Virus record (IMG/VR): IMGVR_UViG_3300045235_000025
Span: 1-26,827 of that record
DNA from: a virus
Lineage: Duplodnaviria > Caudoviricetes
Strand: one strand, 5' to 3'
Length of the DNA stretch: 26,827 bases
Shown here: piece by piece, positions 15,608-25,335 of the stretch
Layout: each line of letters begins with the position of its first letter
Position numbering within the stretch: the stretch's first letter is position 1
Made by a program: the position numbers and the translations under genes
The notes under the pieces: model-generated
What the model saw: the letters and a program-made list of their open reading frames with translations, nothing else
What the model was told of the DNA's origin: nothing
Databases searched by the model: none

Positions 15608-16006
15608 ATGAGCCGCACCTACGCCACCAGCGACGAGTACGCGACCTGGCTCGGCGAGGCCTCCCCGCCTGCGGGTGCGGCTCGTCTCCTCCGTGACGCA
15701 TCCCTCGAGGTCGACGAGATGCTCCTCACTGCGGTGTACCGCGTCGACCACGACGACATGCCCGTCGACCCCAAGGTGCGTGAGGCGCTGAGGGACGCGA
15801 CGTGCGCGCAGGCCGAGCACCGTGCGGAGTACGGCGACGAGGTCGAGGTGATGGCTCCGGCGGAGTCGATCTCGCTCGGCCCGCTGAGCCTCGGCGGCGG
15901 GCGCAGCGGCGTCAGCAGCGCTCAGAGCGTCCCGCAGCATTCTCCGAAAGCGATCCGGGCGCTGCGCGTCGCGGGCCTCATCCCGGGGGCGGTGCTCGAT
16001 GGGTAG
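15608..16006 (+). CDS. Head-tail adaptor
   Basis: MSRTYAT..EY, LL..AS..VD, ATCAQ and L..AGL motifs; SD GAGGAG. Confidence 0.85.
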   Translation: MSRTYATSDEYATWLGEASPPAGAARLLRDASLEVDEMLLTAVYRVDHDDMPVDPKVREALRDATCAQAEHRAEYGDEVEVMAPAESISLGPLSLGGGRSGVSSAQSVPQHSPKAIRALRVAGLIPGAVLDG

Positions 16007-16367
16007 GCCGCTCTCCCCGCGGCGCCTCGAGCGCGCTCTCGCGCGGCTGCTCTGCCACCGAGGTCTCGTCACGATCGAGCCGTACGCGGGCGGTGCGGCG
16101 AACCGCCGCATCTACGGTCCTGCCGTCAGCGTGAAGCGCGCCCTGATCGCCGACGCTGCGCGCCTCACTGGTGACCAGTACGACAAGGAGACCACCGTCA
16201 ACGCGACGGTGTACTTCGAGCGGTCGGCCGTCGCCGAGGTCCCGTCCCCGGAGTCGCGGGTGACGATCTGGGCCGGCACCCCGGACGAGCGCACTGCGCA
16301 CGTTGAGGTGTGCGGCCGATACCAGCATCCCGAGCTCACTGATCTGCTGGAGGTGAAGCTGCGATGA
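15999..16367 (+). CDS. Head closure (stopper) protein
   Basis: Gene order, size and beta-rich sequence. Confidence 0.75.
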   Translation: MGRPLSPRRLERALARLLCHRGLVTIEPYAGGAANRRIYGPAVSVKRALIADAARLTGDQYDKETTVNATVYFERSAVAEVPSPESRVTIWAGTPDERTAHVEVCGRYQHPELTDLLEVKLR

Positions 16368-16711
16368 GCGGAGTCAGTACAGAGTGGAACGGCGACATCG
16401 TCTCCGCGATGATCAACGCCAACGCCGCCGAAGCCCTGAACCATGCTGCCGAGCTGCTGCGCGGTGACTCGGTGCCGCTCGCGCCGATCGACCGCGGCCC
16501 GCTGCGTGGCTCCGCACAGGTCACCCAGGCGACCGAGGGGAACCTCACCGCCTACGTCTCCTACGACACCCCGTACGCCGCCCGCCAGCACGAAGAGCTC
16601 GACTGGCGCCACGACGAGGGGCAGGCGAAGTACCTCGAGGGGCCGCTCACGGAGAACGAGGCGAAGTACCAGCAGGCGATCGCATCCCGGCTCGGAGAGG
16701 GGCTGTCGTGA
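16364..16711 (+). CDS. Neck/tail completion protein (HK97 gp10-like)
   Basis: AP.D.G.LR.S, YDTPYA.RQHE and GQAKYLE.PL motifs. Confidence 0.85.
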   Translation: MSGVSTEWNGDIVSAMINANAAEALNHAAELLRGDSVPLAPIDRGPLRGSAQVTQATEGNLTAYVSYDTPYAARQHEELDWRHDEGQAKYLEGPLTENEAKYQQAIASRLGEGLS

Positions 16712-17169
16712 ACGCGTACGTGCCGCGCGGGTACACGGGCCGCCTGATGGTCGGCATCGCCGAACGCATCCACGCCGCCGGCCTCGCGGTCTACAACCCC
16801 AACCACGACACGGAACCATACCCGGACGGCGTGCGAGGCATCTACTTCGACCACTCCCCCAGCGGGCGCGGCGCCGAGACGATCGCGACGTGCGTCATTA
16901 CCCCCTACCTGCCGCAGGCGGGAGACCTCAACGTCGAGCACACCCGAGTGCAGATCCGCGCCCGGCATCCGGGTCTCGGCGCGCTCGAGGTGCGCGACTG
17001 GCTCGACGAGATGCGCGCCATCTTCCCTGACAAGACCCGGCTCACGATCGGCGGCATCGACTTCGACCGCGTCCGGCAAACCGGCTCTACCTCGTGGGGC
17101 GAACCGTCGTCGACGGAGTCGCTCGAGACGACGCAGAACTTCACGTTCCGCGGCAACCGCTACGACTGA
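16708..17169 (+). CDS. Tail terminator protein
   Basis: Gene order before the tail tube; VQIR.R motif. Confidence 0.75.
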   Translation: MNAYVPRGYTGRLMVGIAERIHAAGLAVYNPNHDTEPYPDGVRGIYFDHSPSGRGAETIATCVITPYLPQAGDLNVEHTRVQIRARHPGLGALEVRDWLDEMRAIFPDKTRLTIGGIDFDRVRQTGSTSWGEPSSTESLETTQNFTFRGNRYD

Positions 17170-17187
17170 GCACTCACCCAAGACCCT

Positions 17188-17216
17188 GAGCCCCTGGCAG
17201 CCGCTGGGGGCTTTTT
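17188..17216 (+). terminator. Intrinsic terminator-like hairpin before the tail tube gene
   Basis: GAGCCCCTGGC-AGCC-GCTGGGGGCTT stem running into a T tract. Confidence 0.65.
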
Positions 17217-17237
17217 CGTACCCAGAACGGAGGCATC

Positions 17238-17765
17238 ATGCCCTACACCCCGCCCGCCCCCACCCAGGGCCTCAACGGCCAGTCCTACGAGTACCACTGT
17301 GACGTCGCCGCGCCGCCCGTGTCGCCCGCTGAGCCGACCTGGCTCACCGCCCCGGACATCACTGGCCTGCAGCCCAACCCTTCCCCGAAGACTGCCGACG
17401 GCACGACCTACGCGAACCGCGGCCAGGACGACACCTCGACGATCGGTGAGACCTTCACCGTCACCTTCGACGCGAAGGCCGTGAAGAACTCCGCCGGCGA
17501 GGTGCAGCCGTTCATCTCGCTCCTAATCGCCGCGGCGCAGTCGCACCTCAAGGGCGGCGACCCCACCAAGAAGGTCGTGAAGGTCCGCGTCTACCACGAG
17601 TGGATCGAAGAGCTCTCGTGGGAGTTCACCGCAGAGGTGTCTTTCCAGCGGAAGAACACCGGCAACGCCGACATCGAGTTCTTCACGTTCACGCTCACCT
17701 CGAAGGGCGACCGCGAGGTCGTCCCGAACCCGGCCCTCGCCGACGACACCAACGGCGGCGGCTAA
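17238..17765 (+). CDS. Major tail (tube) protein
   Basis: Gene order, 175 aa, beta-rich, strongly biased codons, SD GGAGG. Confidence 0.85.
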   Translation: MPYTPPAPTQGLNGQSYEYHCDVAAPPVSPAEPTWLTAPDITGLQPNPSPKTADGTTYANRGQDDTSTIGETFTVTFDAKAVKNSAGEVQPFISLLIAAAQSHLKGGDPTKKVVKVRVYHEWIEELSWEFTAEVSFQRKNTGNADIEFFTFTLTSKGDREVVPNPALADDTNGGG

Positions 17766-17785
17766 CACCCTGCCGCCATCTACTC

Positions 17786-17820
17786 CTCGGGGGCGCGCCT
17801 GGTCGTGCCGCGCCCCCGAG
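17786..17820 (+). terminator. Hairpin after the tail tube gene
   Basis: 12-bp stem CTCGGGGGCGCG/CGCGCCCCCGAG. Confidence 0.55.
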
Positions 17821-17865
17821 GTACCCCCTCCTCGCGCGACCCAGAAACTTTCAAGGAGCACGACC

Positions 17866-18384
17866 ATGCCCATCACCGCCCGCGAGCTCAACGGCAACCT
17901 CGTCATCGACTTCGGCGACGGCACCGACTACACCGTGTACCCCGTCCCCGGTTCCGTCGGAATCGAGATCCAGACGCTCCTCATCGGCGTCGCCCTCGGC
18001 ACCACCATGCACGGTCACGGCGCCGAGAGGGTGATGGAAGACACCGACCGGCTCACGAAGCTCGCCCTCGGCATCCCCACGAAGAAGCGGAAGCAGGCCC
18101 CGAACCGGCGCATGCGCGAGTTCGACGAGATGCGCGCCGCCCGCCAGCAGGTCATCGCGCAGGCCGCGATCCTCTGGAACACCGGCGGCGGCGGCATCGA
18201 CGCCGTGCAGGACCTCCTCGACGAGGCGGGCGGTGGCTACCCAAAAGCCCTCGGACGCGTGATGCGATCCTCCGGGCTGGGCGATCAGTACGAAGTGCTG
18301 AGGACATGGCTCGATTCGGCGGCCGACACCTCGGAGACGGCTTCTACGCCGAACCCGACTGGTGGCCCGAGTACCTCCGCCTAG
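17866..18384 (+). CDS. Tail assembly chaperone (G)
   Basis: Between the tail tube and tape measure genes; SD AAGGAG; contains a slippery site. Confidence 0.88.
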   Translation: MPITARELNGNLVIDFGDGTDYTVYPVPGSVGIEIQTLLIGVALGTTMHGHGAERVMEDTDRLTKLALGIPTKKRKQAPNRRMREFDEMRAARQQVIAQAAILWNTGGGGIDAVQDLLDEAGGGYPKALGRVMRSSGLGDQYEVLRTWLDSAADTSETASTPNPTGGPSTSA

Positions 18385-18641
18385 AACGCGAGGAAGCCGA
18401 CCAAGAGCCCACAGGCATCGACTCGCGCGAACTGTGGGCCCACGTGTTCGAACACTGGCGGTCCTGCGTGCTGCCCGACCTGCAGCGCTTCTACCCCCGC
18501 CTGCCTGCCGATGACGAGCAGGCACTCCTCGCGCTCCCGTGGCGATCGCTGCGGGAGGTGATCATCTCCCTCTTCGGGATCCGCGACTCCATGACCGGCG
18601 CCACGTTCGCGCGCCTCCACGACAAGAAGGAGGGCACGTGA
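17866..18641 (+). CDS. Tail assembly chaperone GT, made by -1 programmed frameshift
   Basis: C CCA AAA at 18240-18246; the -1 frame is open to 18641 and overlaps the tape measure start (GTGA). Confidence 0.8.
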
Positions 18642-21600
18642 GCTTCGAAGTCGGCCGCCTCTCCGCGGCCCTCACCCTCGACGGCGTCGACCAGTTCCAC
18701 CGCGACCTCGACGGCGCCGGCCGGAAGCTGCAGGAGACCGGGCAGCGCGGCGCAAGCTTCGGCCGCGCAGCCGAGGCCGCCGTGCGCACCGCGGCCGGCG
18801 CCACCACTGGACTCGTCACCGCGGCGGGCGCGTACCTCGCGATCCTCACGAAGACCGGCGTCGCCTACAACTCGCTGCAGCAGAACAGCCGCGCCGCTCT
18901 GTCGGTGCTGCTGGGCGGTACCGAGCAGGCGAACGCCCAGATGGACAAGCTCGACGCCTTCGCCCGGAACTCGCCCTTCTCGAAGAGCGTGTTCATCCAG
19001 GCGCAGCAGCAGCTCATCGGCTTCGGCATGGAAGCCGGGAAAGTCATCCCCACCCTCGACGCGATCCAGCAGGGCGTCGCCGCGATGGGCGGCTCGAACG
19101 AGCAGATCTCCGAAGTCGTCAACATCCTCGCCAACGTCAACTCGACCGGAAAGATCACAGCCGAGACCTTCAACCAGCTCGGCTACCGCGGCATCGACGG
19201 CGCCGAACTCCTCGGGAAGGCCTGGGGCAAGACCGCCGCCGAGATCCGCGAGGCCGTCACCAAGGGCGAGATCGACGGCAAGGAAGCGATCGACGCCCTG
19301 GTCGCCTCGATGCAGGACCGCTTCGGCGGTGCCGCGGACAACGTGAAGCAGCAGTGGTCCGGCGCGGTCGACCGCATCAAGGCCGCCCAGCGTGACCTGG
19401 GCTCCCACATCGCGGAGCCGTTCGTGTCCGCGCAGGGTGGCGGCATGGCCGTCACCTGGGGCAACCAGGTCGCCGACGTGCTGCGCGCGATCGAGAAGCA
19501 GGCCGTCCCCGTCATGGGGATCCTCACCCAGCGAGGGATGCCGTTCTTCGCGGCTCTCACTCAGGGCCTCGACTCCGCGCAGGCGTCGATCCAACGGTGG
19601 AACCCCGCCTCGCTCGAGGTGTCTCTCGATCGGCTCGCGAACCACGCGCCCGGCATCGCTGCAACCGCTGGCGCGGTGCTCGCGCTCGGCGCCAACGTCG
19701 GCCCCCTGGGGCAGATGCTCTCCATGCTGGGCATCAGCGCGAACCCCGCCGTCGCGGCGCTCGTGGGCCTCGCCGCCGCCTCCCCTGAGGTGCGAGCCGC
19801 CCTCGGTGATCTGCTCGCGGCAGGCAAGCCGCTGCTGCCCCTCCTGGGCGAACTCGCGGTGATCCTGTCCGGGTCTCTGAACAGCGCACTCCCCCTCGTG
19901 GCCGGCGGCGTGGAACTCCTCACCGCGGTGCTGCGGCCCGCGATCGGCCTGCTCGACGCGATCCCCACACCCGTGCTCGCCGGCGCGCTCGCGTTCCTCG
20001 CCATGCACAAGGCGACCCAGTCGCTCGAGGGCCCGCTGGGCACCGTGACGGAGGTCCTGCAGCGCTTCGGCCAGCAGGCCGCAGTGCAGGCCGCCCTCGG
20101 CGGGCACAGCCGCGCCATGGGCATGCTCACTGTCGCGTCCATGGGGGCCGAGACAGCGGTGAAGGGCCTCGGCAACGCGCTCAAGACCGCTTTCCTCGCG
20201 AACCCAATCGGAATCGCACTGACCGTCGTCGCGACCGCTGTCGGAGCCTGGGCCATGGCGAACGCCGCCGCACAGCAGAAGGTCGAAGAGCACAATGCAC
20301 GCGTGACTGCGCTCAAGGACACTCTGAACGAGACGACGGGCGCTCTGACAGAGGCATCCGCAGCGCAGGTTCAGGCGAGCCTCGATCAGACCAAGGCGAA
20401 GGATCTCGCGGACCAGATCGGCGTCAGCTACCGCGACGTGCAGCAGGCGGTTCTCGGAAATGAGGAGGCATACGCGCGGGTCACGGCCGCGGTCGACAAG
20501 TACTCGGCCGCGATGACGACTGGAGACGCGAATGCCGACACATGGAACGCCACCTTCATGGAGGGCCAGGGGCATGTCCGCGACTTCAACGTGATCCTAG
20601 AGGAGCACCGCGCCTCTGTGGACGCCGCGCAGCAGGCGAAACACGAAATGATCCAGGCCGATCGTGAGGCCGCCGCAGCCATGTCCGAAGCGGGCCGCTC
20701 CAACCAGCGCTTCAACGAGGCGCTGCAGGTCGCTCGCGACATCACGCAGGACGCCGAGACGCGTGTGCGGGCACTCAGGCAGGCACTCGACGAGCTTAAG
20801 GGCGGTTCAGTCTCGGCTGAGGAGGCCCAGGCAAAGCTATCGGAGACCAATCTCTCGCTCGCGGAGGGCCTCTCGCGCGCAGACGAGGCCGGCAACAGCC
20901 TGTGGGCGTCGCTGGTAACCGGGACCGGGGAGATCGACAAGAGCAGCCAGGCTGGTCTTGATTTCTACAACACCATGGATCGCGCCCGCAGTGGCATGCT
21001 CGATGCGGCCCGACAGGCCTCTGACGTAGCCCTTGCCAACGGCGACATTGCTGGGGCGTACAAGGCGGCGCAAGAGGCTGGGGATGGCTACCTCGCCACG
21101 CTCCAACAGACGATGCGAGACCAAGGCGTAGCCGAGGAAAAGATCGCGGCCCTGACCGCTCACTACCTCGATGTGCCCTCCGTCGTGGCCACCGCGCTCA
21201 CCGACAACGGGACCATATCCGAAGTGGACCAGAGAGCGCTTGCGCTCGCTCTGCAGCTTGAGGGTATCCCCGAGGGGAAGTCGATTACGGTCGATGACCC
21301 CGGTTCGCCTGCGGTGATTCAGCGGTTGCGGGACGTTGGCCTCAAGGTCGAAGCGATCCCCGGCACGAAGCAGATTCAGATCACCCAGTCGGGCGCTGAC
21401 GCGGTCGAGTCGATTCTCAACAATCTGGTTCGGCATCGCGTCGCCGAAGTCGGCGTCCGGTACACCGGTGGCGGCGGCACGATGACGAAGGCCGACGGCG
21501 GTGTCGTCGGCCACGCTAGTGGCCGCAGCGTCGACATGCGGTCGTTCGCGAACGGCGGCGGGTTCCCGACGGGCATCTTCGCCGGCGGGCCCCCGCTGAT

Positions 21601-21961
21601 CAAGTTCGCCGAGCCCGAGACCGGCTGGGAGGCCTTCATCTCGGGGCGGAAGGGCCAGGAAGCCCGGAACGCGAAGATCGCGATGGACGCACTCGCGCGG
21701 CTCGGTTTCCCCGTCGTGCCCGTGTCGGCGCTGCGCGGCATCCCAGCATTCGCGAACGGCGGCGGCGTGAACCACTCCTCCGCGGTGTCGGGCCGGCCTC
21801 CCGTAGGGGCCGTGCCGGTGCAGCGGCGTGAGCGGCGCCGCGGCCGGCGGGGAATGCTCGCACAGACGATCAACATCGGCGAGAAGGCCTCGTCGAATGA
21901 TTTCCGGAACGCGGTCTCAATTCTGGGCCAGCTGATGGACGAGTACGAACGGGAGGGGTGA
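18638..21961 (+). CDS. Tape measure protein
   Basis: GTG start after AAGGAGGG; ~1107 aa, Ala-rich and helical, FARNSPF motif, hydrophobic middle region, C-terminal FA.GG and FAEPETGWEAFI. Confidence 0.95.
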   Translation: MSFEVGRLSAALTLDGVDQFHRDLDGAGRKLQETGQRGASFGRAAEAAVRTAAGATTGLVTAAGAYLAILTKTGVAYNSLQQNSRAALSVLLGGTEQANAQMDKLDAFARNSPFSKSVFIQAQQQLIGFGMEAGKVIPTLDAIQQGVAAMGGSNEQISEVVNILANVNSTGKITAETFNQLGYRGIDGAELLGKAWGKTAAEIREAVTKGEIDGKEAIDALVASMQDRFGGAADNVKQQWSGAVDRIKAAQRDLGSHIAEPFVSAQGGGMAVTWGNQVADVLRAIEKQAVPVMGILTQRGMPFFAALTQGLDSAQASIQRWNPASLEVSLDRLANHAPGIAATAGAVLALGANVGPLGQMLSMLGISANPAVAALVGLAAASPEVRAALGDLLAAGKPLLPLLGELAVILSGSLNSALPLVAGGVELLTAVLRPAIGLLDAIPTPVLAGALAFLAMHKATQSLEGPLGTVTEVLQRFGQQAAVQAALGGHSRAMGMLTVASMGAETAVKGLGNALKTAFLANPIGIALTVVATAVGAWAMANAAAQQKVEEHNARVTALKDTLNETTGALTEASAAQVQASLDQTKAKDLADQIGVSYRDVQQAVLGNEEAYARVTAAVDKYSAAMTTGDANADTWNATFMEGQGHVRDFNVILEEHRASVDAAQQAKHEMIQADREAAAAMSEAGRSNQRFNEALQVARDITQDAETRVRALRQALDELKGGSVSAEEAQAKLSETNLSLAEGLSRADEAGNSLWASLVTGTGEIDKSSQAGLDFYNTMDRARSGMLDAARQASDVALANGDIAGAYKAAQEAGDGYLATLQQTMRDQGVAEEKIAALTAHYLDVPSVVATALTDNGTISEVDQRALALALQLEGIPEGKSITVDDPGSPAVIQRLRDVGLKVEAIPGTKQIQITQSGADAVESILNNLVRHRVAEVGVRYTGGGGTMTKADGGVVGHASGRSVDMRSFANGGGFPTGIFAGGPPLIKFAEPETGWEAFISGRKGQEARNAKIAMDALARLGFPVVPVSALRGIPAFANGGGVNHSSAVSGRPPVGAVPVQRRERRRGRRGMLAQTINIGEKASSNDFRNAVSILGQLMDEYEREG

Positions 21962-22872
21962 GCATGTACGGCGACTGGATCCTCCGATATCCCGGAACCG
22001 AATACATCTTCGGCCCTCCCGCGCACCCTGTGCAGCTCGTGGAGTGGGAGCAGGACGCTGACGGCGTCGACGTCGAAGACGTCCGTCCCGTCGGTGCGGA
22101 CGGCCTCTGGATGGGGCGGGACACCCTCGAACCGGGTGCGGTGACCGTGCACGTGAAGATCGACTTCACCACGGCGCCGTACCCGGTCGAGGAGTGCGCC
22201 CGCCTCGCCCTCGCAGCCCGGTCCGAGCTCGGGAGAGTGTGGCGCGGCGACGCCGTGCGCACCCAGGCGGGTGAGGTCGCCGAGCTCGTCATGGGCGGCC
22301 TGCAGGTGATCGAGGGCCGGCCCCGCCGGCCCCGCTTCGACGACGCCGACCAGAGCGTAGGCCTCATCTACGCGGAACTGCCGTTCATCCCGTCGACGAC
22401 CGGCGCCTACCTCCTCGATGGGGCGGGCGAGTCGTGGCGGTCTGTGGAGACGCAGCTCGTGCCGCCCGAGCCTCGGGACGGGTGGGAGTGGCCGCTTGAG
22501 TGGCCGCTGCTCACCCACAATCCGACAGTGAGGGCGACGTGGTTCGAGGTCGGTGGCGATACCGATACGCCCGTCGTGCTGAGCGTGCAGGGCCCGCTTG
22601 GTGCGGGCGCCGAGGTTGAGGTGCCGGGAGCGTTTCGTAGCCGCACACGTCAAGCGCTCGCGCATGATCAGGTTGCGGTGCTTGACGCGAGGCCCGGCCG
22701 GATGCTGCAGACCATCAACGGCGTCCCGTCCCCGTTCCTCACGCCCGATAGCAGTCTGCTGTCGGGCTTCGTTCTTTCTCCTGGGCCGCATTCGCTGGCC
22801 CTCCGTGGCGTCTCCTCTGATGGGCAGGCGCGCGCCTCCCTTCGGTGGCGCGACATGAAGGCAGGTATCTGA
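21958..22872 (+). CDS. Distal tail protein-like minor tail protein
   Basis: Directly after the tape measure gene; WPL.WPL and L.PG.H..LRG motifs. Confidence 0.8.
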   Translation: MSMYGDWILRYPGTEYIFGPPAHPVQLVEWEQDADGVDVEDVRPVGADGLWMGRDTLEPGAVTVHVKIDFTTAPYPVEECARLALAARSELGRVWRGDAVRTQAGEVAELVMGGLQVIEGRPRRPRFDDADQSVGLIYAELPFIPSTTGAYLLDGAGESWRSVETQLVPPEPRDGWEWPLEWPLLTHNPTVRATWFEVGGDTDTPVVLSVQGPLGAGAEVEVPGAFRSRTRQALAHDQVAVLDARPGRMLQTINGVPSPFLTPDSSLLSGFVLSPGPHSLALRGVSSDGQARASLRWRDMKAGI

Positions 22873-23864
22873 TGGCTGACAACTACGAGGTGGGCGGGTG
22901 GGCGCTCGCCGGCGTGAAGACCTCCGTCGAGGAGGGGCGCCGGTTTGCGTTCGCCGCGACCAACGGGGACGAGGGAGTGGTGAAGCCCGTGGACCTCGAA
23001 GTGATGACCCTCGCTACCCCGCTCGACGGGATCCGGGTGCGTCTCGGGTCGGCACTGATCCTCTCCCGCTACGCAGAGGGCGAGACCTACCAGGCCTCGC
23101 TCCTGGATACCGCGACCCTGAGCGTGACCCCGGCACCGTCCGATCGAGGCCGCTCGGATCTCGTGGCGCTCTATGTGGCGGACCCGTGGGCGCGGAACTC
23201 CGCCTGGCCTGAACCGGCGGACCCCGAAACGTACAACGGGTACCGGCTCGAGATCTTCGAGGATGTCGGCCCGGGCGTGACCCGCCTGCAGGACGTACCC
23301 GGCCTCGACTCGAAGTACCGAACCGGGATCGCACTCGCCCGCATCGACCTGCCCGCCGGGCGCGGGGACGTGCAGCAGGAGATGATCAAGGATCTTCGCC
23401 AGGTCGCGAATCCGCGATCGAGGCGGCGTTCGGTCACGCTCTACCCGACTGGTGCCCCCAGTGAGGGGCGACCGATGCCGACCAGTGGGTATTCATCATG
23501 GCCGCTCGAATCGAGTGAGCGGCCCCAGGTAGATATCCCGATTTGGGCGACGCGCATCATCATCCGCTGCGACATGGCCGGGATCGTGTTCACCCCTGGT
23601 GCCGGGGGCATCACGGTCGCCGGCCTGCGCACGGGGTTCGCGTCGACCCCGCCTGGTCAGAACACGATCATCATCGAGGACGCCGCGTCGACGGCGAACC
23701 GCGAGAACTACTTCGTCGTCGGCACCCACGTGATCCCGGAAGCGCTGCGCGGCACGACCCAGTACATCAACGTGCAGGGCGTGCGTTCTTCGGGTGTCGG
23801 CAGCTGGCGCGCGGACTATCAGACCTCCGTCGTGATCGAGTGGGAGTTCCAGGGGGACCTATGA
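22872..23864 (+). CDS. Minor tail protein
   Basis: ATG overlaps the previous stop; RSDLV...V.DP and ALARI..PA......I.DLR motifs typical of actinophage minor tails. Confidence 0.8.
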   Translation: MADNYEVGGWALAGVKTSVEEGRRFAFAATNGDEGVVKPVDLEVMTLATPLDGIRVRLGSALILSRYAEGETYQASLLDTATLSVTPAPSDRGRSDLVALYVADPWARNSAWPEPADPETYNGYRLEIFEDVGPGVTRLQDVPGLDSKYRTGIALARIDLPAGRGDVQQEMIKDLRQVANPRSRRRSVTLYPTGAPSEGRPMPTSGYSSWPLESSERPQVDIPIWATRIIIRCDMAGIVFTPGAGGITVAGLRTGFASTPPGQNTIIIEDAASTANRENYFVVGTHVIPEALRGTTQYINVQGVRSSGVGSWRADYQTSVVIEWEFQGDL

Positions 23865-25327
23865 GCATCGAGCAGCTGCGCTTCGCGCTGCAGCGCTACG
23901 GCACGTGGGAGTGGCTCGACCGTGAAGCGCCGCTCGTGTCTTCGGATGCGGGCGAGCTCGCGCTCTCCGCGTACGGGGTGATGCGGGCGACCGTGCCCGC
24001 CCCGGCCGCGCACCGCCCGCTCGCGCATGATGGGCGGCCCATGTTCGAGCGGTGGGGCACACTTGTGCACATCGAGTCCGGGGACACGCGCGCCCCGCGC
24101 CGCCACTGGACCGGCGTCGTCGAGTCGGCAACGCTCGGCGCATCGGGCTGGGATCTCACCCTGCGCGAACTCGTGGGGTACCCGTCCGGGGTGCCGTACG
24201 AGGGTCTGGTGCGGGCGGTGCGGGCGGATCCCGCCGCCGTGGTGCGGCAGCTGATCACGGATCTGCAGTCGCTCCCTGGCGGCTGGTACGGGTGCACTGT
24301 CGAGGGGTCGACCCCGATCAGGGTCGGCACCGACCTCGATAACCAGGTGGCCGCGGCGCGGGCCACGATGGACGCCCGCAAGGCCACCCTCGACGGCTTC
24401 TCGAAGACGGCGCGGGAGCAAACGAAAGAGGTGCAGGATCTCGATGCGACGCTCTCGGATGAGGTGACCACGGCGCAGGCCCTCCTCGCGCAGGCGCAGC
24501 AGCAGGTCGCGCAGCTCGTCACGACCGGCGGGGACCCCGCCCAGATCGAAGCCGCGAAAGCCACCGTCACCGCGAGGCAGGCCGCCTATCAGGGGGCTCT
24601 CGCGGGCTACAACGCGGAGCTCGCCGCAGGCCGGGGAGCGCTCGCGTCCGCCCGCGCCACGAAAGAGCAAGCCCAGGCCGCCTACGATGCCGCGAAGACC
24701 GCGTATGACGCGGTGAGGGAACGACGCAAGGCGGAGGGTGGCGCGTACGTCATCAGTGGCGAAGACCTCCCCGACACCTACCGGGAGATTCAAGCCCTCG
24801 CCGCGGAGTGCGGGTTCGAGTGGACGACCCGCACCCGCTACTCAGCAGGAGCGCCGGATGTCGCGATCGTCATCCACCACCCCAGGGCCGGGACCCGCCG
24901 GGACGATCTGGTGTTCGACACCTCGGTGAACATTCTCGACCCGCTCGAGCTCGATGACGGCGACTACGCAAACGCCGCGATCGGCGTCGGCGCGGGTGAA
25001 GGCAGTGCTGGGGTGCGGGTGTCGCTGTCCGAGCCGTCCCCGCGGATGCGGCGCCCGGTCGTGGTCGAGGATCGCAGCATCCGCACCAACGCCGCGATGC
25101 GCGCCCGCGCCCGCACCGTGCTGCGCGCCTCAACTGGGGAGCCGCGCCCGCTCGAGATCACCGTCCGCGACCACCCCAACACCCCGATCGGGGCCTGGCA
25201 GGTGGGCGACATCATCACCGTGCGCGGCGTCACCACGATCGGCACGACATGGCAGGGGCTTGCCCGGATCCGGTCGTGGTCGTGGGTCTCCCGCACCCGT
25301 GCACGCATCAATCTCGACCCCGCCTAG
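23861..25327 (+). CDS. Minor tail (hub/Tal-like) protein with a central coiled coil
   Basis: Start trimmed to MSIEQLRF (ATGA overlap); WTG.V, YAN...G.GAGEG and VGD.I.V motifs. Confidence 0.8.
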   Translation: MSIEQLRFALQRYGTWEWLDREAPLVSSDAGELALSAYGVMRATVPAPAAHRPLAHDGRPMFERWGTLVHIESGDTRAPRRHWTGVVESATLGASGWDLTLRELVGYPSGVPYEGLVRAVRADPAAVVRQLITDLQSLPGGWYGCTVEGSTPIRVGTDLDNQVAAARATMDARKATLDGFSKTAREQTKEVQDLDATLSDEVTTAQALLAQAQQQVAQLVTTGGDPAQIEAAKATVTARQAAYQGALAGYNAELAAGRGALASARATKEQAQAAYDAAKTAYDAVRERRKAEGGAYVISGEDLPDTYREIQALAAECGFEWTTRTRYSAGAPDVAIVIHHPRAGTRRDDLVFDTSVNILDPLELDDGDYANAAIGVGAGEGSAGVRVSLSEPSPRMRRPVVVEDRSIRTNAAMRARARTVLRASTGEPRPLEITVRDHPNTPIGAWQVGDIITVRGVTTIGTTWQGLARIRSWSWVSRTRARINLDPA

Positions 25328-25335
25328 GAGGACTC

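Noticed and set aside
21544-21765. Repeated TTCGCGAACGGCGGCG in the tape measure gene
   Set aside because: Encodes the ordinary FA.GG motifs common at tape measure C-termini.
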